Shown: positions 13,771-27,900, counted from the stretch's first letter. The stretch: DNA of 64,000 nucleotides from the human T2T-CHM13v2.0 reference genome, Homo sapiens (GCF_009914755.1 NC_060933.1); one strand, 5' to 3'. Made by a program: numbers and translations. The notes: generated from the letters alone by a model not told the origin.

Positions 13771-16700
13771 CATGCTGTACTTTCCCAGCAATGGCAGTAA
13801 AGCCATGCCTGGACTGAACTCTAAAATGGAGCGCCACTTTACGGTGACTAAAAGCAACTTTCGGGGCTACCTATTCTACGTGCCCTCACTGACAGACCTG
13901 TAACAATGCCATCAATAATCCCTGATCCCATACCCAATGGAACGCCAGCTACCCTCTCAGTGAGGCCAGTGCCTTGGGGACTGGTTGGCTACACTGGCTC
14001 TGTGACTTAAACCAGATCATCTGGACACCTTATTCTCTGAGCTGGGTTATCCCTGAAAAAAAATGTTCAGGTTGCATTTAACACCTCTTCTCTCTACCCA
14101 ATTTTAGCTCTAGAGCTATTCTACGTAGATTTCAGTTCATTCTATAACAGCATAGAGAAAGCTATCCTGTGGACTGCTTTTTAGATGATGAACCTTCTCA
14201 TTACCAGAATCTGTTCACGGGAGGACGCCAGGAGGAAGAAAGCTATATCGAGCATGGCCACGGACTAGGGACACAACATCAAACATCATGTTCAGAGCTC
14301 TCCCTTTATTTACAGAATGCAATCAGCAGCAAGATCTGTAAATTTCATCTTCAAAAAAGAGGAGTAGGACTTCACATTACAGTACTTAATATACCCTAGG
14401 ATAAAAGAATCTACAAGTTCTCCAAAACTATGAATCAAAGATCAGGTGGAAACAAGGAGTGATAACAAGAGGTCCAGAAAGGACAGATACTCATCCTTTC
14501 CACATGAGCCTTGATTGCACAATTACTTAAGTTAAGTTATGCATTCTCAGAAAACCAATTAATTGTGCTGGTGCTCTCTGAAGCTCTAACACCGGCTTTG
14601 TCAACAGCTGAGTGGTTTCATAAAGGTGGAGGACAACAGTTGCAGCTCAAACAGTCCTGAAGCTCTAAGAAAAGGCGCCCTTCTAAAACTCAAACGACTT
14701 TCAGGAAAGAAGAAATGAAAATGATTTGTCACCAAAAATATTCATTTTCTGACATGGGAACAACTTTAGCTAAGTCACCAAATTTACCAGCATTTCTATA
14801 AGTGAAGCAATTCAAAGCATTCTTTATTGAACACCTAAGGTATGCTGGGTGCAAAGATCACTAAAACCAAGAATCTAAGGGCTCTCTATCCCCTGGGGAC
14901 TTAGAGTGAGAGAGGGAAAGAGAATAATTCAAGAAAATTATAAAAATTCCAAGGAAGAGGTGACTCTGTTCAGGAGGAAAAGGGAAACATGAAGCCAAAA
15001 TTCCTGGTTAAAATATTCACAGAAAAATAAATATGTACACCATCAATGTTTTTCTCAAGAATACGAAAGAAGGGAGCAAGGAGAAAATTCAAACCCAACA
15101 TAATGCTTTAGAAAAACAAAAATAGTTTTCTTTAAAAACAAAAAACAAAAAAAAAATACCAAAAAGCACCCTTCTGGCACAGCAGGCTTCCTGTGATTGC
15201 AGAGTGAAAACTGTACCATAAAAATCCAGTCCACAAGTGCCAGAGGAAAAGAAACTTTCCCCAAATAACAAAATAAAAATAAACCTTCAGTTAAAATAAT
15301 ATATTACACACTGATGTAAACTGAAATGCTCTTGTCCATGGGTTGAGCTTATGAAACCCTTAAACATGAACATGTAACACTAACAAACTATTTGACATTA
15401 TTATTTGGGTTCAAAGACTCCCTTTCTCTAAATGTTTATAGCACCATACCAGTTATTTCAACTGAGCTGACACAATGAATTTCAAATGATCTAATACTTT
15501 TGACTTACCAGAGGATTAGCACATGATTACCCTGAGTAAAAGGATTATTATTACTGCTGCTCTAAGATATTAACACTTTCTGTAACACACTCTAAGGGCA
15601 CTGTATAGATCACTGAAAAATGTGACAAAATGCATGGGGGAAAGGGGATTTTAAAAAAGAAAGGTGGTAAGTGTTCTTCTCTTTTAAGTTTCCTTGCTTA
15701 AAATACAGTGGGCCTCCCAACGGTAGAATCAACATTTTGCATGATGCTTTCAGTGGACATACAAGTCACAGAAAAATAAGTCCAGCATTCAATGCACTCA
15801 GGAAATTAAGCCACGTATGGCCTTCTTCCCGTGAAGATCAGGCTCCAAACAAAAACCCCCACTTTGTAATAGACAACTAATTCTCATGTAATGAATGACA
15901 GAACACAGCATTAATGTACTTAACAAGACAGAGCTAAATTCAATGAAGCTTGACGCCATTGATATGAAAAAGGGCTACATTTGTAGACAGAGCCAAAGGG
16001 AGAGAAAAAATCATTCTGAATTCCGAGTTAAATAGTGCTGCTTCTGCTTTGGTTTAGCCCTCTCACTGGAAATAAAGATCAGAGCTAAAATATGACCCTT
16101 AAAACTGGCAGCAGCAAAGAAAGCTAAATACCACTGTATTAAACTCTCTTACTGACTGACAAAGAGGCAACAGCTAACGGACTTTGCTCGGAGCTTTTAC
16201 TGGCAAAAGTGTTATTTCTTCATGGCTAAATTCCTGATCCATTAAAAATGTGCCCCTTCACTACCAGACTTCATGATATGCAATTCTGCCACCATCTGAT
16301 ATCATTATAAAAATTTCAGACAACCCAAATGATGACTTAGTAGCTACTGAAACTTCTACATACAGCATCAAAACAAAAGATATGGAAGCAAACCATGTGA
16401 CACAAAATGAGTATGTAGCAAAGTTTCTTATGTAGAGCCACCATAAGAAAAGATTTGTAAAAGCCTATAAATACCATAGTGCCAACTCCCTTTTTTCAGT
16501 GTTAAGTGCAGAAAACAGATTTTAAACTACATTTTAAAATTCAGCATATGAACAATGCTGATCATTCTGAAAACAATTTATAAACTATAAGTAGATGAGT
16601 GAATATTTAAACTCCTTGAGCAGGATTACAGTAAGAACACTGATCTAAATAGCACACTTTATGCATCTGGTGATATGACTTATTTCTGTAGGATGTTCTT

Positions 16701-17490
16701 ACACACACAGAGGTAACACCACCTGGAACTGCTATACCTTAAGGCAGGGAAACCTCGACTTTCCACTTCTCTCCTCTATCCACAATGTTATCTGGTTCCG
16801 CTGTTGTCACAGAGCCAGGGAATAAAGCTCTTCCAGAAAACTCACCCAAGATCAAATTGAGCCTGGTGACAGCAATGTCCAGGCCGTAAGTAATGTTCAA
16901 AGGATTCAACAACGCCTGTGACTGATCATTCTTTTTCCCTTGCCATCACCTGCTGATTTTGTCCAGGTGTTTTATGGCTATCTTGAGGATCTGGAGAGCA
17001 GACAGAGGGAAGACTTTGCCAATTTCTTTTGTCTGGGATTGTGAATTCCTTACACAGATGGTGGACAGCCTCAGTCCAGGGCAGCACCAGGGTATACTGC
17101 CTTCAACCTCCAAAAGGAGAAACAGAGGGAAACTTTTTCTTCTCCCACAACACTGCCTGTAATGTGTCTGTGGTTAGCAAAACTGAGACAGTATGGCTTC
17201 ACAGGGAGTAAAGTGACGAAGGAAAAAAGTCTACAAGTAACTTGAAAATATTTACTTGAAGTATTACTAAGCATTTGCCAAGGAATCAAAAATGTTAATG
17301 AGAAAGATGATTCTAGAGCAATGTGCTTCTATTATAACGACTTATATAAGGTTTCAGTTACTTTTTCACTTGTATATCAAAGACACCAGGTCTCCTAAAT
17401 TAACCAAAATAAGACTTTGAAAATCCAAGTCAACCCTTTAAAAGCTACTACACTGCTGTGGTGGAAAGAAAATTGGACTGGTGTCTAGAC

Positions 17491-17827
17491 CTAAGCCATC
17501 CAATATGGTAGCCACTAGCCACATGTGGGTATTGACCACGTGAAATGTGGCTAGTCCAAGTTGAGATGTGCTGAAAGTGTAAAATACACTGAATTTTGAA
17601 GGCTCAGAATGAAAAAAGAAAAGAAAATGTCTCGATAAACACTCATATTGATTATATATTTTTTATATTTATTATACATGGAAATCATAATTTTTGATAT
17701 ACTGGGTCAAATGAAATACATTATTAAAATCAATTTCACCTGTTTCTTTTTACTTTTGTAGTGTGGCTACTAGAAAATTTTAAATTGCATATGTGGCTTG
17801 CAGAATTATTTCTATTGCACAGTACTG
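17491..17827 (-). mobile_element. MER33 (hAT-Charlie) DNA transposon inserted in a MIR
   Basis: ccaatatggtagccactagccacatgtgg...gtggctactagaaaattttaaattgcatatgtggc; 8-bp TSD gtctagac/gtctggac. Confidence 0.9.
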
Positions 17828-19672
17828 GTCTGGACACTAGGATTCTTGTCCATTTCAATCTCTTGTTGGTTGTGATGACCGTGGTCTTCTTAACCTCCTG
17901 AGCTTCATCATTTCCAAATGAGAGGGATGAAAATCAAGGAAATGGATTCTAAATTTTATAGCTCCCCAAATTATAAAATTTTATCTAGTTACTTTTCACA
18001 CTTTCATTCCTAAACTCCATGATTCATTTTCATCTGCGCCCACTCTAAAAGAAGCAGTGAAGAACACCCAATAGGAAAATAGGTTTTATTCATTAGTCAA
18101 TTAATTTAAGAACCTATAGCTCCCTCTGATGACTTTTAGACTAAAATTTTTCAGGATTTGTGTAATATTTTTAATGTAGACAAACTTACTAATCATGATG
18201 AATAAACCAAGATGACGTATCAAATAAAGAATATCTATGCCTTAAGTGGATGTGGATTAACAAAGCAATGAATCGAGTTGCTTGTTTTGTGAATTCAAGC
18301 TCACTATCACAGGTACACTTGATTGCAATCCATTTGGTCAGAAGGTTACCAAAGCCTCAGAGAAGGTTTTTCCACTAAATCCAAGAAAGTGTATCTGAAA
18401 TTACAAGATATAATGTAGCTGATCCCTCTTGGAGGCACAATTTTTGACAGAAATAGCTGCACAGATTGCATCAGTTATACCTAACTTTCTGATAATTCAC
18501 AAAACACCTCTTCACATGGTTCTTAGGTGGGTGGCCAGGCCAGGAGGAGGGTATTTTTAGAAGCCTGTTGCTCCCACAACTGGCGCTAACTGGCAGTGTT
18601 AGGTAATTACAAAGGGCTAAGGGAAACGCATGTAAAGAACAACAATTTCAGGTGACAATTTAAGTGCTTAATTATATACTAAAAAAACCTTATTATTTTT
18701 ATTTCTCTACTGTTAAAAAACGATGAACAACTTTATTCTCTGGGTACCCTAATATTAATAAACCTTTGGTTTTATAGGTTATACTGAAGATTTGAATCAG
18801 TTTGCTGTCTGAATCAAAGAAAGAAAACATAAAACAGGAGGAGAAGATTAAATGCAAGTCAGAAATTCAGTATCTGTTTAATACATGTATTTTTACCAAA
18901 ATGATGGTGAAACTAAGCCACACATCCTGGCTCACTGAAAGCCTTTGTTGGAATACGTTGTTGGACATGTAAGACACACATGTATCCTTGCTTTATGGAC
19001 GTATTCCAGTAAACGAGACACAAAGTAGTCAGGTTAGCCACCAGAGATTGAAAGTGCGGCATACAAGACTCAGGACTTAAAAACTAGGAGAGAGAGGGCA
19101 TATTGTACCAGACTGAATTATTTCCTGTCATGACGTGTTTAAAATTCTAATACAAAGGTAGCAGAAAAGAGAGATCAATAAATGACGTTATATTCTATGT
19201 ATCCAAAAGGAAGAACTTTCTAAAGAAACGAAAAGACCAAAGTAAAAGGCACTAACAAGTAGATGCAAGTGAAGGAGTAGAACAGTATTGTCAAAGCTAA
19301 GGAGCCTGCAGAGAAAACCATCAGAATGGCTTAAACAACTACACTTTGTAAAGCAATTCAGTCGACTATTTAAAAATTTCAAGTTAATATGATGTGTAGC
19401 TGATTTTAAGGATCTAACTTACATGCAAGAAAAACATTAGTTTAAATTATTTGCTTTTTAAATATTCCTAATGCATAACAGATAAACACTGAAGTGAGGC
19501 TGGATTAATTCATAGTTGCTCTAATACCAGATGTATGTGGGTCATAAAGTAAATGGATCTTTCCAAAAGCCTTTGGGAAAACCCCGTGAGGCCAGTTTTG
19601 AGATCTATCAGTAGCAGGAAAGGTAAAAAGGATTCAGTAAAAAGCAAAGCAGAAGGTAGGAAATAATGTTAC

Positions 19673-19719
19673 CTTAGAAACTGATGTATTGTGTATTTTT
19701 GTCTCCTTGTTTAATGTTT
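19673..19719 (-). other. Candidate 47-nt internal exon, reading (E)TLNKETKIHNTSVSK
   Basis: Acceptor ttctctgttttaag, donor AAG|gtaaca; only one frame is open (phase 1 in, phase 0 out). Confidence 0.35.
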
Positions 19720-22485
19720 CTTAAAACAGAGAACATGATTTGCTTAAATGTCAAACTTGGAAATCATATTGATCTCAAAAGATCACTTCGTTCAATATTA
19801 AGTTTTAGCCTAGTCAAGAATTTCTTAAGATATACCAAATGTATTTTAAAATATTTTAAAGTGCTACTTCAAAACTCTAAACTACAATGTTTTTTAAAAG
19901 CCTTATTTCTTCACAGCAAGGAGCTTCCAGAAACCACTAAAACATTCTTGCCCTTTGAATGTCTGGGCATGGTCTCTTCATGTGTTATTAATAAGCTAGA
20001 CGAAGTATTTATATTAATGGCCATACAATGAATATTCAACTGCATGTGGACTCATACCACAGGGCTATGAAAACCGAAAACCACCTTCACGTGGACTTGC
20101 CAAACTACCCGATTATACCAAACTTTTCATGGCTTAAACAAAGTTATATAAATGTTCACTATGGCAACAACACCAGATGTATGCACAAGGAAATATCTGC
20201 AATTTTAAAGGGGGAAACAAGAAAAACTGCTCACACAACATAAAAGTTAATTTTACATTAGTATCATTAATATTATACTCACACTGTAACAGCCAAATAA
20301 ACCTTGTGCTTTAAAAACAGATCAGGTCACTTGAGTCGTCTGCTGCATTCCGCTAAGAAAGCAAAACCTACCATGCATGGCAAGTGTTGACACTCTTCCT
20401 CAATGACTTTTATTGTCTCTGGTCAACCTGTAGATCTTCTTTTTCCAAGCATGGAATCAGAATACCTCACTTGTAGAAAGTTACATCAGTGGTATTAAAA
20501 GCATATTGAAAACTTTAAAAAGTTGATCCAAATGGAAGTCATGTTTTTAAAAAAAATCAAAGTTATTTCTCTAGTTTATCGGAGCATTTAAGGTTTTTTT
20601 AATCCAACAAGTATTTATTTAAAGAATGATCTTTATGTGGCTGAAATGAGAATGCACACATGATAGTTTTTCAAGGCCAGCAAGCACTTCCTAACCAAAT
20701 CCCCCACTTCCTTTGCTAGCTAAACATAACTACTTCAACTGTGTACATCCTTTAAAAAGTTAGAAGAGAGCACCTCGCATGTAATAGCAGGCAGCTGGGA
20801 AGCCAATTGGTGCAGTCGGAGTGCACATTTTAGAAAGCAGCTTTTTAACATTCAATAACTAAGTGGTAATTGGACACAGAAACATAAACTGTCAAACTGA
20901 ATCAAAACCCCTTTGCTTTTCAGAGAATTATTTGTAAGATTATACTAGAATTAAATTTGAACATGCATCTACCCTATGCATTAGTCAAATTATGAAACAA
21001 AAAAAATGCTGTGCTTTCTTTGGATAAAATTAATGTCAGCTTTGCGTCCTTAAACCAGACCCGATCGGGAAATGAAATATGTTTAGTCCTGAAATAGTTG
21101 TGGTAATTCAATCCCTGCACTCTCCTTATTTTCTTGATGACAAAGAAAAACTCCCAACTGGCAGGGCCACCTGCACTGATTACTCCTCCATCCACACCCA
21201 CAGAATATGAAAATGAGCCAATGATCATTAACCTTAATTTCTTCTAACATAAACCTCAGCTCTTTTTCAGTCTTGCTACTCAGGGAACTCCCCTGAGATA
21301 AAGGAAAAGAGAACGGGGGAAATAAGGAAACAGGGAGTGAATGCTCAGAGCAAAAGGCGGGGGGCGGTCCAAGTGAAAAGCGGAATCCACTGGCGTTTTA
21401 AAAACTGCACAGCCGGCTTATTAAACTTCATACAGAAAAGAGGTTACAAAGATAAAGAGATTCTGAGGCATCACTAACTCTCTAGATAGTGGGATACTTT
21501 CCTTTCTGAGCAAACAATGAGAAAGGCTGCTTCCTCTCCACCCTCCCTATCCCCGACCCTGGGCATCGCACTCCTCTACCTAGACATCACTATAAAAAGA
21601 CAGCCAACAATAAAGATGGGTCTGGACAGTAGGAATGCATGTGTGGCGGTATGATCTCTAGTATGAGGACCAAAGGACCTCTACAACCAAAAGAGATTTC
21701 CAAGGTAAGCACTTGCAATTACAGTGGAGAATGTCTAGCACCTTCTGGTCATTCACATTCAAATACAGCCAACTGGAATCATTTTTGGTCCAAGCTGTGT
21801 GGAGCTAGATACCATTAGCATTACATCATCTTCTAATGGATGAGGAGCTAGTTGGGGCCCTTAAAAGAAACACAACTTGGAGGGGAGCAGGAAACCTTCA
21901 GAAATGCCAGTCTCTTTAGCACAGACATGTGTACTGAAAATTGTCTTGTAATGTTTGCCTACAGACCTTGGTATATCTAAAGAGGACTCCTCAAAGATAA
22001 GACCACAAAAGTGAGGAACAATTCAACAAGGCAACCACACATGACCCTGTGTAAAGCATTCCTGAAGCTGAAGGGAAAACAAACTTCAAAAATCATGACA
22101 TTGCTGAATGAAAGCAGAAAGTCTTTAAAATGCGAGTTTTTCATTAAAAATATTAAATGCAAAGGCGATAAATGCTTAAAGAATATAATAAAAGTCGAAG
22201 TGTTTTTTCCTGCAAGTACATTTGCAAGATGCATGGTGCCCACCCAGTGCAGGCAGACAGAGCAAAACTTTCATCTCTCAGTTATCCCCTCATTATTTCA
22301 ACCACAAATCAAGTAGCAGTCATGAGGAGGGTGAGACAGAAAGGCAGAGAAAATAAACAACAACAAAGACAGAGACCTGGTTGCAATTTAGTATTGGATT
22401 CAGAAGCCCAATTTAAACTAAAACCTGGCTCTGGGGTGCTGGCCCTCATCTCCTTCTTGCCTAGCCTACGAAACGTAAAAGGCAA

Positions 22486-22507
22486 ACACACACACACACA
22501 CACACAC
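22486..22507 (+). repeat. (CA)n microsatellite, about 11 units
   Basis: acacacacacacacacacacac. Confidence 0.95.
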
Positions 22508-22539
22508 CCTGTATTCTCTTTTCTTTCTCCTTTTTTTCC

Positions 22540-22990
22540 TTCCGTAATCAGGCTCTCAAATGTCAACGGTCCCCTCTGGAAGGAAGCGAGAACAGGGTAT
22601 TGAAGTATGCAGTGCCATGAGTCATCTTACTAGATGCTCTAGCAACTGCCTGTGACCCAGCAGTGAGCCAAGATAGCAGGGCTTTTAATAAAGCAGCACG
22701 TTTGCACACTCACAGCCCTGTTAATTTAATACCTGCCGCTTGTTTACCAAACAGCACGGGCATGTCTCCGTGTCGGTAACTTCCCAGTGACAGTGAGGCG
22801 ACTGAATCAGGGCATGGAACAGATGCACCTTTTTACGCTCTGTTACACTGTGTCACAGACTACAGCCCCTGAGCGCATTCCTTTATTTATCCTGCAGCCA
22901 GTTGAGCTAATTGTCAGAGACAGACCTGGTTCTAATTCTGCAGAGTCCAGCAACTGCTGGAGTGTATGTAGTGAGGCATGAACGGTGCAG
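22540..22990. promoter_or_regulatory. Candidate enhancer or alternative promoter
   Basis: Local CpG retention; AP-1 TGAGTCA at 22618; RFX-like gatgctctagcaac; FOX TGTTTAC at 22741; no repeat recognised. Confidence 0.4.
22733..22763 (-). other. Candidate coding end of an alternative first exon (MPVLFGKQAA, phase 1)
   Basis: GAC-ATG (purine at -3) followed by donor CAG|gtatta. Confidence 0.25.
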
Positions 22991-24828
22991 AACTTTAGAA
23001 GGGAACAGTTGAAAAACAGAGTCTGAGGGTAGAGGCATAATCTGCCAATATTTTACTTAGACTTTGAAAATACCACCTGTCTCAATAGCAGGCTATGGGA
23101 GTGGGGACAAAAGTAAAACAACTCCAGTGTCAGAATGAAGCAGAAGCAAGCAAATGTCAAAGCATATTCCTATGTAAGGAGAACACAACACAGCAGCAAT
23201 GGCATTCATTTTCCAAAGAATATGGTTCGGCCTGTGCAGTAAAATATTCACAAGCTCAAAAACCTGGTGATAACAGGCCAATATTCAATGCGGCTCACAC
23301 CAGCAGTTCTGCACAATACCAGGATTGAGCATTACAGAGATACTGTGATGCAAGCCCATTAATGACACCAAAATTACTTAAAAGACTAGTCTCTCAATCC
23401 TCCAGCCATACAATTTGAGTCTGCTTGATCATGTGTAGACAAAGAAACTCCCATTTATTGTTCTCCTCACACCCTGTGGTATTAGAAGTGTTTCTTATGA
23501 GCTGTAATACCATACTCATATTTTATCAGTAGCAAGAGTTCACTCCAGTTAAAGTTCTTCACCCGTCATGGGCATTTTTCAGCAAATTAATGTCTTTTAC
23601 TTGCATGACTTCCCTTCATATTATAATTTGGGGTTTAAACGGATCATAATACTTTGCAGAAAGTAAAAAGAGAAAAAGAGCTCAGTGTTGATAATTTTTA
23701 CCACTTATGACTGAATGACCTCAACTGAGGAATAAAAAATTAAGTCATTTGTCTTATGAGGTACAAAGGACATTTTACGGTGTACAATTTAGCTAATAAC
23801 GGGTTCAGGCCAATCCTTAAGAAGTCACATGTTTCCATTGTCCCTTCACCCCCTGCTTGTGTTTTTACCACATCCTAACAAAAACATGACCAGAACTGGT
23901 GAAAAACATACGGTTCCAACTAATGAATCACATACTTTCCCGCAAGTACAGTAAGTACTACCAGCTGTGTGACAGTCTTGCTTTGGCAGTGGGACCAGCT
24001 TAGAACAAGCCGGCTCATCTGAAAGCAGCTGTACTGAAAAACCACAAGCAATATAAGTGTGTCTGCCTTCTCAGGGCGGCTTTGTCTCTGTTCTATGTCT
24101 CTGCTCTGTCCCCATAATGTGCCAGCCATCTTGTTTAGAGAAAGTTTCAGAAATTACAGTGGTAGGGAGAAAATCCACACATTCAAAAACCTTAAGTTTT
24201 CAGAAAATGTTGTCACTTTATCAAGTGGAACGCCGTGAGAGGTCAATTAAAGGAAAACACCTCTCTCCCACATCCAGCCTTCCACATGCATCTTTTGGGG
24301 TTTGCCTTAGATGTAAAAGTGTGCGTATTTATGTATCTAAATAAGTGAGGTGGGAAACAGGGGGAGGAACGGCACAGGATCCAGCTACTTACAGATGGGC
24401 TGAGGCATGCATGCGAACACACACAAACACACACGCAGAGCAATTCGCAGATTATCAACTCATGCCATGAGCTACTGCAAAAAAGTTCTATGATTTTAAA
24501 CTTGCCATTTATACAACAATAAGCTTCATTTGTAACCACAAAGCATTCTGAAAAAGATTCCCTGGCAAGCCCCAGATATTTTTACACAAATGCACTTTTC
24601 CTTTCTGTGAAACAACATTCAACTGGATAATCACTGCTGTTAAAGGGAAAGAAAGTCCAACAGCATTGGTCTAGAAATTTAAGTGGAAATAGTAGGATTT
24701 TTAAACTTCTGTAGTGTCTGAAGGCAATAAGTAATTAAAATTTTTTTAATGTCATTAAGTGATCAGTAGCTTGTATGTAAGCACCTAAGTACCATCTCAG
24801 GCTTGTTCTGCAAAAAAGAAATACCTAC

Positions 24829-24855
24829 CGTTGTCATTCTTGACTTTTCCAAAGT
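24829..24855 (-). other. Candidate 27-nt microexon, or first-exon end encoding MTT
   Basis: tatttatttttctgattgag|ACTTTGGAAAAGTCAAGAATGACAACG|gtaggt. Confidence 0.25.
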
Positions 24856-25405
24856 CTCAATCAGAAAAATAAATACAGAGTAGTGAAATTATTTTTGGTT
24901 TTTGTCAGTGTTTCACATACAGAGAAGTCAAATGTAAGGACTAATCGGGAAGGTTTACCTTTTATGTTTACTTTTATTGCCTAATTTAGCCAAACACATT
25001 ACTCTAAACTATAATGTTGTAAAGATGCTTGATTCGGCAATAATCTAATCCAAAAATTATATTAACATCACATCTTTTTATTTATACCATAGTTGTGTGA
25101 ATAATTTTCGTTTTGAATGAGCTATCAATGTAATACTCAAAAAATGGCCAGAAGACTCACTACATTCAGAAGATTCACTACATTAATTAGAGAAGATCTT
25201 GGCCTCTGTGGTTTCTTCCTAAAATTCACTCTTTCTAAATGAACTTTAATGTTTGTGTGTTTGGGGGAGTTCAGTGCTGGGCTGATCAAGGGCAAGTACT
25301 TAGGGTGAATCTAGAAATCACATTGAGGCTTACAATTGGATAAAGGCAGACAGCAGAACTGGGAGCACCAACAGTAGTGGGGAAAGAGTAAAGGATGAGC
25401 ATCTG

Positions 25406-25935
25406 CAGGCAAACATCGGACGAACTCAGGTTCCACTCCAAACCACCACATAAACCAAGTCACATGATTTTTTTTTGGTTTCCCAGTGCATATAAAATTT
25501 GTTTATTCGATGCTGTAGTCTATTAAGTGTGCAATAGCATTATGTCTAAAAAAAACAGCATACATACATCTAAAATACTTTATTGCTAAAAAATGCTAAC
25601 AATCGTCTGAGCCTTCAGTGAGGTGTAATCTTTTTGCTGGCAGAGGGTCTTGCCTAGATGTTGATGGCTGCTGATTGATCAGGGTGGTGGTTGATGAAGA
25701 CGGGTGGCTGTGGTGTCTACTCATAAAATAGACGGTTTGCCGCATCAATTGACTCTTCCATTCAGAAAAGATTTCTCTGTAGCATTGATGCTTTGGATAG
25801 CATGTTATCCACACTAGGACTTCTTTCAAAATTGGAGTCAATTCTTTCAAACTCTGCCACTGCTTCAATTTGTAAAAGAAATGCAGTATCTGCAGAGTGC
25901 AGTAAAGCCAAGTGCAATAAAAGGAGGTATGCCTA
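25406..25935 (-). mobile_element. Internally deleted Tigger1 (TcMar-Tigger) with both ends and a transposase C-terminal remnant
   Basis: caggca... and ...gaggtatgcct termini; ORF 25596-25868 contains CYREIF...SQLMRQT...QQPSTSRQDPLPAKRL..EGSDD, typical of the Tigger1 transposase tail. Confidence 0.9.
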
Positions 25936-26553
25936 TGTTCAAGCCTGAAGAACAGACTTAACTAATACATAGACTTGAAACAGTACACTGATAAACAGAC
26001 ATATAATTTTAAAAAAATATTGACTCATTTATAGCACTTAGTTCATGTTAAATCTAATAAAGAATACTAGTCTAAGTGGGAAAAGTCCAAAACTGGATTA
26101 TTAAATTACACAGTAAAATCTATCAAGAAAGAGCTAATATGGCTGAGCCAAAATTATGATTAAATTATGATAAAAGCATTAAAACTCAGTTATTAATAAC
26201 ATGGAAAGATAGTTACAAAATGTTGATAAGCAAAAAGCAGCTTACAAAGCAGTGTACGCAATATGGTCCTCTATTTTTAAAATGAATACAAAAGACAAGT
26301 GAAAACAAAAAATGATTAACACCTGTGTGGAAGGAACTATTGGCGATGCTTTTACTCTTCTTAAATTCCATTTTCTAAACTTTATTTATTTAGCATGTAT
26401 AAACTACACATAGGAAAAATAAGTGTACTTCTTTTCCTTTTTTTAAACAGTGTGAGAAATTTTATTTTTAAGAAATCTAGTAACTAGATTTCTGGTCCTC
26501 ACCAGTAGTTACACTGCAAAACCTGTGTATTATTTAAAAATGTGGAGCGTTTC

Positions 26554-26842
<289 letters not shown>

Positions 26843-27559
26843 TGGAGCTTTTCTTAAAATCAAAAATTGATTTACTTTGAACAATTCTTTAAAACTACAT
26901 TTATGGGGTACGTGTGTGTTCTCTATAAAATCTCAAGACAAATAACCAAACTTACTTATCCTCTCCCCGATACCCAGTTTCCCAAGAGTATTCTTTCATA
27001 ATTTGAGCCAAAAACTAGCCTTTGCTAATTCAACTTTTACATAATTAATGAACCACAGATCTAAATCCTTATCTTTCTAACAAAAATAATACCTTTAAAT
27101 AGCACTTAATTGCCAAAACACTCCCATAAAATAAGAACCCATACCCCCACCGAATCACCATTACTTAATCCCAAAGTCTAGAGGCTGCCCTGTAGCGCAC
27201 AGTCCAGGGCACTGGAGTAGTATATAACACCATCACAGGATCAATGCAACAGAGCGAATCTGTTAAATACGCTTATCCACATTGAAACATGGCAGAAATA
27301 ACTAGGTTAATAACCATACTCCTATAACAAGGGACTTAGAATCACAGCCAATAGTCAAGAAGATTTATTATTAAAGAAGCATTCAAAGTTTTTCATTCTG
27401 CAACTGAGAGGGCTGGTATGAACAATCATTTGGCAAATACTTATTAACTGATTTCCGTGGCCTACCATCGTGTCCAATGTTTGGGTTTGAACAAATATAA
27501 GGAAAAGCATCTTGACATAAAAACCATCTAGTGAAGGAGAAAATTCAAATAATTTATCA

Positions 27560-27900
27560 CGTTGTGCAGAAGAGCAGAAACACACAGAGATTTCCAGAGA
27601 AACAGAAGAAGGCACCAACTCAGGTAGGGCTTTAGAACAACTTCAGAAAAAAAGACAGAACATAATGAAGCTTAAATACAAGTTTAGTAGCCAACCAGGC
27701 AAGATAAGGACTAGGGAGAACAACATGGGAGAATGTTCCACGATAGGAAATAGCACAAAATCGGCAAAGAACTACCAGCTGATCTGTGTTGCTGGGGCAA
27801 TAAGGCTGAGGCAAGAAATGACAAGAATGGCAGACAGGGTAAGGGGCAGGTCCAATCATGTAGGGTCTTGTTTGTCCCTTTTAAGGAGATTCTAAGTTTC
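27560..27900 (-). mobile_element. L2 fragment
   Basis: gaatgttccacgataggaaatagcacaaa...ggcaggtccaatcatgtagggtcttg is degenerate L2. Confidence 0.55.

Noticed and set aside
22748-22767. p53 response element
   Set aside because: Only one consensus half-site (GGGCATGTCT); the adjacent decamers do not fit RRRCWWGYYY
25150-25185. 18-bp tandem repeat agaaga(c/t)tcactacatt x2
   Set aside because: An ordinary two-copy slippage duplication with no further signal
25596-25868. Transposase-like ORF as a domesticated gene
   Set aside because: Only a frameshifted C-terminal Tigger1 remnant, with no DNA-binding or DDE domain
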